From: an uncultured Mariniphaga sp.
Lineage (GTDB): Bacteria > Bacteroidota > Bacteroidia > Bacteroidales > Prolixibacteraceae
Assembly: GCA_964422335.1 (NCBI GenBank)
Contig: CAYRBS010000002.1
Location: forward strand, 6,118 to 38,993
Length of the DNA: 32,876 nucleotides
Reading direction: 5' to 3'
Below are positions 27,847 through 32,876 of the stretch, piece by piece; position 1 is the stretch's first letter, and every line of letters begins with the position of its first letter. A program made the translations under genes and the position numbers. The notes under the pieces are model-generated. The model worked only from the letters and a program-made list of their open reading frames with translations. It ran no database searches and had not been told where the DNA came from.

Positions 27847-27876
27847 AATCCTGGCCCTTTGGTTGGGATTTTTTTT
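27847..27876 (+). terminator. Intrinsic terminator after the ECF sigma / anti-sigma operon
   Basis: AATCCTGGCC / GGTTGGGATT forms a 10-bp stem (three G-U pairs) with a CTTT loop, followed by T6. Confidence 0.55.
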
Positions 27877-27881
27877 GTGGA

Positions 27882-28847
27882 TTAATAACAAACTTCCGGC
27901 ACCAGGTACTTGCCAACATACTTTTCAACTCCTTCTTCAAGGCTGGTGAAAGGTTTTGTATAGCCAATATCCCTGAGTTTTTGAATTTCAGCCTCGGTAA
28001 AGTACTGGTAGCGCCCCCGCAAATCAACCGGGGTGTCAATAAATGAAATTTCCGGATTCATGTGCAGGCTGTTAAAAACGGCATTCGTTAAATCGAGGAA
28101 TGAGCGTGCTTTTCCGGTCCCCACGTTGTAAATTCCCCGATTTTCCTGGTTGTGCATAAAAAACATCATCACCTCAGCAATATCATCCACGAAAATAAAA
28201 TCGCGGCTTTGTTCTCCATCTTTGTATTCTTTATGGTGCGAACGAAAAAGTTTCATTTTGCCGTTTTCCTGAATGGTTTTAAAGGCATGTATTACAACCG
28301 ACGCCATCCTGCCTTTGTGATATTCGTTGGGGCCGTACACGTTGAAAAATTTTAATCCGGTCCAAAACGGTGGGGTCCGGGTTTGCTTAAGCGCCCACAC
28401 ATCAAAATCGTGTTTCGACCAACCATACAGGTTCAGGGGCCGGAGGTTTGAAACGTTGCTGTGGGAATCGGAAAATCCTACCTCTCCGTTTCCATAAGTG
28501 GCCGCCGACGATGCATAAAGCAATGGTACCTCTATTTCAGAACAGATATTCCAAAGTCTTTGTGAATAAATTAAATTCAGTTGCTGATACAAATCGGGTT
28601 CCTGGCCAACCGTATCGGTGCGGGCACCCATGTGAAATATAAAATCCACTTCCGTGGCATGTTTTATTAGCCACTTGAAAAAATTATCCCTGTCGATAAT
28701 TTTTTTGTATTTCTTGTTAAAAAGGTTTACATCCTTTGATGGGTCGTCGAACCGATCAACCAAAATCAGGTCGTTGTAACCTGCCTGGTTGAGCTTCCCT
28801 GCCAAATAGCTGCCGATAAACCCGGCGGCTCCCGTTATTACTATCAT
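27882..28847 (-). CDS. hldD: ADP-L-glycero-D-manno-heptose 6-epimerase
   Basis: 321 aa. The NAD-binding N-terminus is MIVITGAAGFIGS. LLYASSAATYG, FNVYGPNEYHKGRMASVV, RDFIFVDD, YNVGTGKARSF and LRGRYQYFTEAE align by eye along the whole of E. coli HldD/RfaD. Confidence 0.9.
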   Translation of the reverse strand: MIVITGAAGFIGSYLAGKLNQAGYNDLILVDRFDDPSKDVNLFNKKYKKIIDRDNFFKWLIKHATEVDFIFHMGARTDTVGQEPDLYQQLNLIYSQRLWNICSEIEVPLLYASSAATYGNGEVGFSDSHSNVSNLRPLNLYGWSKHDFDVWALKQTRTPPFWTGLKFFNVYGPNEYHKGRMASVVIHAFKTIQENGKMKLFRSHHKEYKDGEQSRDFIFVDDIAEVMMFFMHNQENRGIYNVGTGKARSFLDLTNAVFNSLHMNPEISFIDTPVDLRGRYQYFTEAEIQKLRDIGYTKPFTSLEEGVEKYVGKYLVPEVCY

Positions 28848-29104
28848 GCTAACTTAATGGTTTAATTTGGTACAGCATATTGTCCGTTTTCTCCGGATAA
28901 GTTGATGTTTGTAAAACTTTCTTACAAACTATTTATTGTTTTACAAGAAAATTTATTCTTTTGAAACGGCGCAAAATTAAAAAAAATGACCGGCAAATGT
29001 AATGAGATTGTTGTGTTCTTGTAAAAGCTTCATTTTTAAAAGGTCATTCACGCCCATTGTCTGAAAAAAAGTTAATCTTTGTATGAATTTTAACAACGGC
29101 AAAA

Positions 29105-29728
29105 ATGTGTACACCAGAAATTAATAACTCCAACGTTTACGAGAAAATTGAAGTATATGACGAAAGTGTAACGGAGGGACTTTCACAAAACTACCAGGAT
29201 ATTCTGCAATTGCTGGGTGAGGATATTGCGCGCGAAGGGCTCGATAAAACGCCCGAACGGGTAGCCAAATCGATGCAGTTTTTGTTGCAGGGTTATAAAA
29301 TTGATCCGGTTGAAATTTTACAATCGGCCATGTTTAAAGAAGATTACCGCCAGATGGTTATTGTAAAAGATATTGAAATTTATTCGTTGTGCGAGCACCA
29401 TCTCCTGCCGTTTTTTGGGAAAGCGCATGTTGCCTATATTCCCAACGGTACTATTACCGGGTTGAGTAAAATTGCCCGCGTGGTAGATGTTTTTGCCCGC
29501 CGCCTTCAGGTGCAGGAACGGCTGACTTCTCAAATAAAAGAGTGCATTCATGATACGTTAAAACCCCTCGGGGTGGCAGTTGTTATCGAAGCACAGCACT
29601 TGTGTATGCAAATGCGGGGAATTCAGAAACAGCATTCCATTACCACAACCTCCGATTTTACGGGTGCATTTCAGAAAAATGCCACCCGCGATGAGTTTAT
29701 TAAGCTCATCAGTACCAAATTCAGTTGA
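29105..29728 (+). CDS. folE: GTP cyclohydrolase I (type 1)
   Basis: 207 aa. Motifs are [42 protein letters not shown] and [11 protein letters not shown]. Confidence 0.95.
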   Translation: MCTPEINNSNVYEKIEVYDESVTEGLSQNYQDILQLLGEDIAREGLDKTPERVAKSMQFLLQGYKIDPVEILQSAMFKEDYRQMVIVKDIEIYSLCEHHLLPFFGKAHVAYIPNGTITGLSKIARVVDVFARRLQVQERLTSQIKECIHDTLKPLGVAVVIEAQHLCMQMRGIQKQHSITTTSDFTGAFQKNATRDEFIKLISTKFS

Positions 29729-29734
29729 TTTTTT

Positions 29735-30853
29735 TTACAGGAAATCAAGACAAACCGGCGCAGGCAGCTCCAACTCTTTACCTGTAAATTCAGGAATGCC
29801 ACTTTCTGGAGGTATCCTGAAAACCACAATGTTTCCGCTATTCTGATTAGCAACCAGCAAAAATTTACCATCGGGGCTAAGAGTGAAATTTCTTGGCCAG
29901 TCTCCCCGGGTTGAAACAGATGTTTGCCAGTCGAGCCGTTGTGTTTTGTTATCAATTTTATAAACGGCAATGGAATTGTGCCCCCTGTTTGAGCCATACA
30001 AAAATTGTCCGTCGGCAGATACATGTATGTCAGCACAGTAGTTTTCACCCTTGAAGTCTTTCGGCACAGTGGAAACGGTTTCCAGCTCTTCCCAGGTTTT
30101 TCCGCTTTTTCGGAACGAGGAAATGGTGGAATTCAGTTCATTTATAACATAAATCACTTTTTTGTCAGGGTGGAAATCAAAATGCCGTGGACCGGCACCT
30201 GGTGCTAGCCTGACAAATGATTGTTTGCCAGCCACGAGTTTCTCTTTTTTCAGGTCGAAAATATTTAGCCGGTCAGTTCCCAAATCCGCACTAAATACCT
30301 GGCGGTCATAGGGCGAAAAACGTATTGAGTGGGCATGTGGCGCCTTTTGCCGGGCTTTGTCGGGGCCCGATCCTTTGTTTTTTATGGTGGAGCCGGAAGG
30401 TTCCAGGCCGCCGTCATCGTTCACCTTGTAAAGCGAGGTGGTGCCGCCCCCGTAAGTGGCAATGGCCACAAATTTTCCATCAGACGAAATATCTACATGG
30501 CACGGACCTGAGCCATTTGAAACCTGTTTGTTGATAAATTGTAAATCGCCATTTTGCTGAATCCGGTAAGCATTCACATATCCGCCCGAGGCTTCAATAT
30601 CGGCGGGGGCCCGGGTTACTGCATAAAGAAATTTCTTATCGGGTGAAACTTTCAGAAACGAAGGATTATCAATCCCTTTGAAAATCTTCTCCAGGGATAT
30701 CTCTCCCGTTGAATCATCAAAATGGCAAAGGTAAATACCCTCGGCACCCTCGGAAGTAAAGGTTCCAACATAAATTTTTTCTGTGCTGTTTTCTTGTGCT
30801 ACTGCAGGAGTGAGCCATACGAACAATAAAATTGGGATAAAAAAATGAGTCAT
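29735..30853 (-). CDS. Exported 7-bladed beta-propeller lactonase-family protein (Pgl/YbhE-like)
   Basis: 372 aa with a signal peptide. Repeated motifs include GSGPCHVDISSDGKFV, GAGPRHFDFHPDKKVIYV and PRNFTLSPDGKFLLVANQNSGNI, typical of the lactonase beta-propeller family. Confidence 0.8.
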   Translation of the reverse strand: MTHFFIPILLFVWLTPAVAQENSTEKIYVGTFTSEGAEGIYLCHFDDSTGEISLEKIFKGIDNPSFLKVSPDKKFLYAVTRAPADIEASGGYVNAYRIQQNGDLQFINKQVSNGSGPCHVDISSDGKFVAIATYGGGTTSLYKVNDDGGLEPSGSTIKNKGSGPDKARQKAPHAHSIRFSPYDRQVFSADLGTDRLNIFDLKKEKLVAGKQSFVRLAPGAGPRHFDFHPDKKVIYVINELNSTISSFRKSGKTWEELETVSTVPKDFKGENYCADIHVSADGQFLYGSNRGHNSIAVYKIDNKTQRLDWQTSVSTRGDWPRNFTLSPDGKFLLVANQNSGNIVVFRIPPESGIPEFTGKELELPAPVCLDFL

Positions 30854-30969
30854 AGTACCTGTTTTTTGTTCTTAAGTTACAAAAGAGTTGGCTCTAATTT
30901 GAACATTTTTTTGTATTAAACGCTATTTAATGGTAACTTTTTACCTTTAAATTTTAAAATGAATGGATT

Positions 30970-31800
30970 ATGAAAACACTACTTTTTAGTTTAATACTCG
31001 TTTTTATTTCAGGACTGGGTACTTTGAATGCCCAAAAACTGGAAAAAGTCTGGGAAACCTCTGCTGAATTAAAAACGCCGGAATCCGTGCTTTTCGATGA
31101 AGATTCGGATGTAATTTACGTGGCGAACATTAACGGGGATCCTTCTGAAAAGGATGGCAACGGGTTCATCAGTATTTTAAATGACGATGGGAGCGCGAAG
31201 GAATTGCATTGGGTGAAAAACCTGAATGCCCCTAAAGGGATGGCCCTTCATGAAGGAAAACTTTATGTTTCTGATATCGACCAATTGGTTGAAATTGATG
31301 TTAAAAGCGGCAAGGTATCGAATAAATACGATGCGCCCAATGCCGTTTTTTTGAATGATGTGGCTGCCTGTATGAACGGGATGGTTTTTGTTTCTGACAC
31401 CCGGACGGCAAAAATTCACGTCCTTCACCAGGGCGATTTTTCCGTTTGGATGGAAGGCGAACCATTTGAAACGCCCAATGGCCTGTTTACCGAGAAGGGA
31501 AAACTTTTTGTGGGAGATAAAAATGTTTATGAAGTGGATGTTAAAACAAAAGAGGTGAAAGAAATTATTGGCGATGCAGGTGGTGTGGACGGACTGGAAA
31601 AAAATAACCAGGGTGAATTTGTTTTTTCCAACTGGCCTGGCAGGGTATTTATTCACAGGAACGGGAAAAATATAAAACTGCTGGATACTACAGAACAGGA
31701 AATTAACACGGCCGACCTTGATTTTTCCCTGAAATTGGATTTGGTTTTGGTGCCTACTTTTTTTGATAACCGGGTTGTGGCTTACAAAATTGTTAATTAA
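30970..31800 (+). CDS. Exported beta-propeller protein, SMP-30/gluconolactonase/LRE-like or NHL-like
   Basis: 276 aa with a signal peptide. Short blade-like repeats recur (PESVLFDEDSDVIYVANI, PKGMALHEGKLYVSD, LNDVAACMNGMVFVSD, PNGLFTEKGKLFVGD). The family assignment is tentative. Confidence 0.55.
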   Translation: MKTLLFSLILVFISGLGTLNAQKLEKVWETSAELKTPESVLFDEDSDVIYVANINGDPSEKDGNGFISILNDDGSAKELHWVKNLNAPKGMALHEGKLYVSDIDQLVEIDVKSGKVSNKYDAPNAVFLNDVAACMNGMVFVSDTRTAKIHVLHQGDFSVWMEGEPFETPNGLFTEKGKLFVGDKNVYEVDVKTKEVKEIIGDAGGVDGLEKNNQGEFVFSNWPGRVFIHRNGKNIKLLDTTEQEINTADLDFSLKLDLVLVPTFFDNRVVAYKIVN

Positions 31801-31844
31801 ATTGGCAAAAAATTAGTTGGAATAATATTTAAACCGAAAAGCAT

Positions 31845-32081
31845 ATGGAAGAACCAAAAATTGCAGCAAAATTTCCTAAAATGGTAACCCTTGAGCCGGG
31901 ATCGTATTACTGGTGTGCATGTGGAAAAAGTGATAACCAACCCTTTTGCGATGGTTCGCATAAAGGGTCAGAATTTACTCCAATGGCCATTGAGGTGGAA
32001 GAGAAAAAAGAAGTTTGGCTTTGCCAGTGCAAACGCTCCAAGAACAAACCGTATTGCGACGGAACGCATCGTGAGTTATAA
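31845..32081 (+). CDS. CDGSH iron-sulfur domain protein with two CDGSH motifs
   Basis: 78 aa. CACGKSDNQPFCDGSH and CQCKRSKNKPYCDGTH both match C-x-C-x2-S-x3-P-x-CDG-[ST]-H. Confidence 0.9.
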   Translation: MEEPKIAAKFPKMVTLEPGSYYWCACGKSDNQPFCDGSHKGSEFTPMAIEVEEKKEVWLCQCKRSKNKPYCDGTHREL

Positions 32082-32086
32082 AAAAA

Positions 32087-32125
32087 AGGATGTCCAATTA
32101 ATCATTTCTGCATTTTGGACATCCT
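32087..32125. terminator. Bidirectional terminator between the CDGSH gene and the flavin reductase-rubredoxin gene
   Basis: AGGATGTCCAA / TTGGACATCCT is an 11-bp perfect stem with a 17-nt loop. The A-run on the 5' side gives a U-run for the minus-strand gene. CTTCTGTTTAATTTC follows on the plus strand. Confidence 0.65.
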
Positions 32126-32132
32126 CTTCTGT

Positions 32133-32876
32133 TTAATTTCTTTTGAAATATTCTTTCCCCGCATTGCAAATAGGACACCGGTAATCGTCGGGTAAATCCT
32201 CGAAAGGTGTTCCGGGAGGTATTCCGGCAGTGGGGTCACCTTCTTCCGGATCGTATTGAAATCCGCAAACGGTGCATGTAAAAGTATCCATGCTGCTTTC
32301 TTTTGCGGTTTCTTCCTTTTTTTTCTCCGGAGCCTGTTCCTTCTCAGGTGTTTTCTCTTTTTCCAGTTTCTCTTTTTCAATATAGGTAGGAGAATTTTTG
32401 GGCGACAGCATTTTGTATTTTTCGCGGTAATAGGCATACGTAAGTGGGTCGTCGTCTGAAATCAAATCGCTGTCCTGTACTTCGCCAACAATCAATATGT
32501 GCGAACCAACATCCATTGTGGAAACGACTTTGCAATCGAACCAGGCCATCGACGAATCCAGAACAATGGGTGCCCCGGTTACCGCGGTTTTGGTTTCCAC
32601 GTTCCTGAACTTGTCAATATCGGTACCCGACATAAACCCAAACTCCCCGATGAGCGACGTGTTGGCATCCTTTTTTAATACCGAGATGGAAAAAATCTTA
32701 CTTTGCAAGATTTTTTCAACCGATGCATTTTTTTTATGGCAGCTAATGGCAATTTGCGAAGGATCGGAAGTAACCTGAAAAACCGTATTGCCAATGTAAC
32801 CTGCATTTTCGCCGTTGAAACGGGTTGTGATAATGTACAAACCGTAAGATAATTTGTGAAAAGCTTTGTATTTCAT
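32133..32876 (-). CDS. Flavin reductase-like domain fused to a C-terminal rubredoxin (high-molecular-weight rubredoxin type)
   Basis: 247 aa. The N-terminal flavin-reductase (split-barrel) region reads [31 protein letters not shown] Lys/Glu-rich linker follows ([27 protein letters not shown]). The rubredoxin reads [15 protein letters not shown]...[17 protein letters not shown]. The ATG is the last codon of the window, so an upstream extension cannot be excluded. Confidence 0.85.
   Translation of the reverse strand: MKYKAFHKLSYGLYIITTRFNGENAGYIGNTVFQVTSDPSQIAISCHKKNASVEKILQSKIFSISVLKKDANTSLIGEFGFMSGTDIDKFRNVETKTAVTGAPIVLDSSMAWFDCKVVSTMDVGSHILIVGEVQDSDLISDDDPLTYAYYREKYKMLSPKNSPTYIEKEKLEKEKTPEKEQAPEKKKEETAKESSMDTFTCTVCGFQYDPEEGDPTAGIPPGTPFEDLPDDYRCPICNAGKEYFKRN

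Noticed and set aside
28848-29104. Possible riboswitch (THF or another folate-related class) in the 257-bp spacer upstream of folE. Palindromes are present (TTTGTAA/TTACAAA and AATGACC/GGTCATT).
   Set aside because: I could not recognise any known riboswitch core. The stems are AT-rich and far apart. The spacer must also hold the divergent hldD promoter. Only a cmscan against Rfam could settle this.

Overview
This window reads as ordinary core chromosome from a member of the Bacteroidota. I found no defence system, mobile element, CRISPR array, tRNA or rRNA gene. The phylum call rests on four things: a short (286 aa) primary sigma factor, signal peptides cleaved before Gln, TAnnTTTG -7 boxes just upstream of several start codons, and no obvious Shine-Dalgarno sequences.

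I call 29 protein-coding genes, all intact.
- Housekeeping: gyrB, rpoD, folE, hldD, ftsE, an HtrA/Do protease, a LOG-family protein, rlmD, rlmB and an ABC-F translation ATPase.
- Envelope: a porin-like beta-barrel, a 1023-aa TPR protein coupled to a 601-aa beta-barrel, a TolB-like/OmpA protein, an MscS channel and a GT4 glycosyltransferase.
- Regulators: an aspartate-less receiver/LuxR protein, two tandem Lrp/AsnC paralogs and an ECF sigma/anti-sigma pair.
- Metal and redox: a CDF exporter, a RIC/YtfE-like di-iron protein, a double-CDGSH protein, a flavin reductase-rubredoxin fusion and two exported beta-propeller lactonase-like proteins.
- Also an M64 metallopeptidase.

The most interesting unexplained sequence is the largest ORF-free gap, 19484-19891, upstream of the ABC-F gene. 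It holds a perfect -7 box, then two mini-ORFs with near-identical peptides (MVGFIFKNRT and MIGFVFRGL). An 11-bp long-range stem begins 2 nt after the first mini-ORF's stop codon, and two hairpin-plus-U-run terminators follow. I read this as a candidate ribosome-sensing attenuator, or alternatively an independent small transcript. This rests on sequence inspection alone.

Secondary observations:
- a CDF / RIC-like / pseudo-receiver-LuxR operon;
- a translationally coupled TPR plus beta-barrel pair;
- a ribosome-themed rlmD / ABC-F / rlmB cluster;
- an ECF-type promoter that implies a nearly leaderless sigma mRNA.

All family assignments come from motifs recognised by eye. No database search was run.
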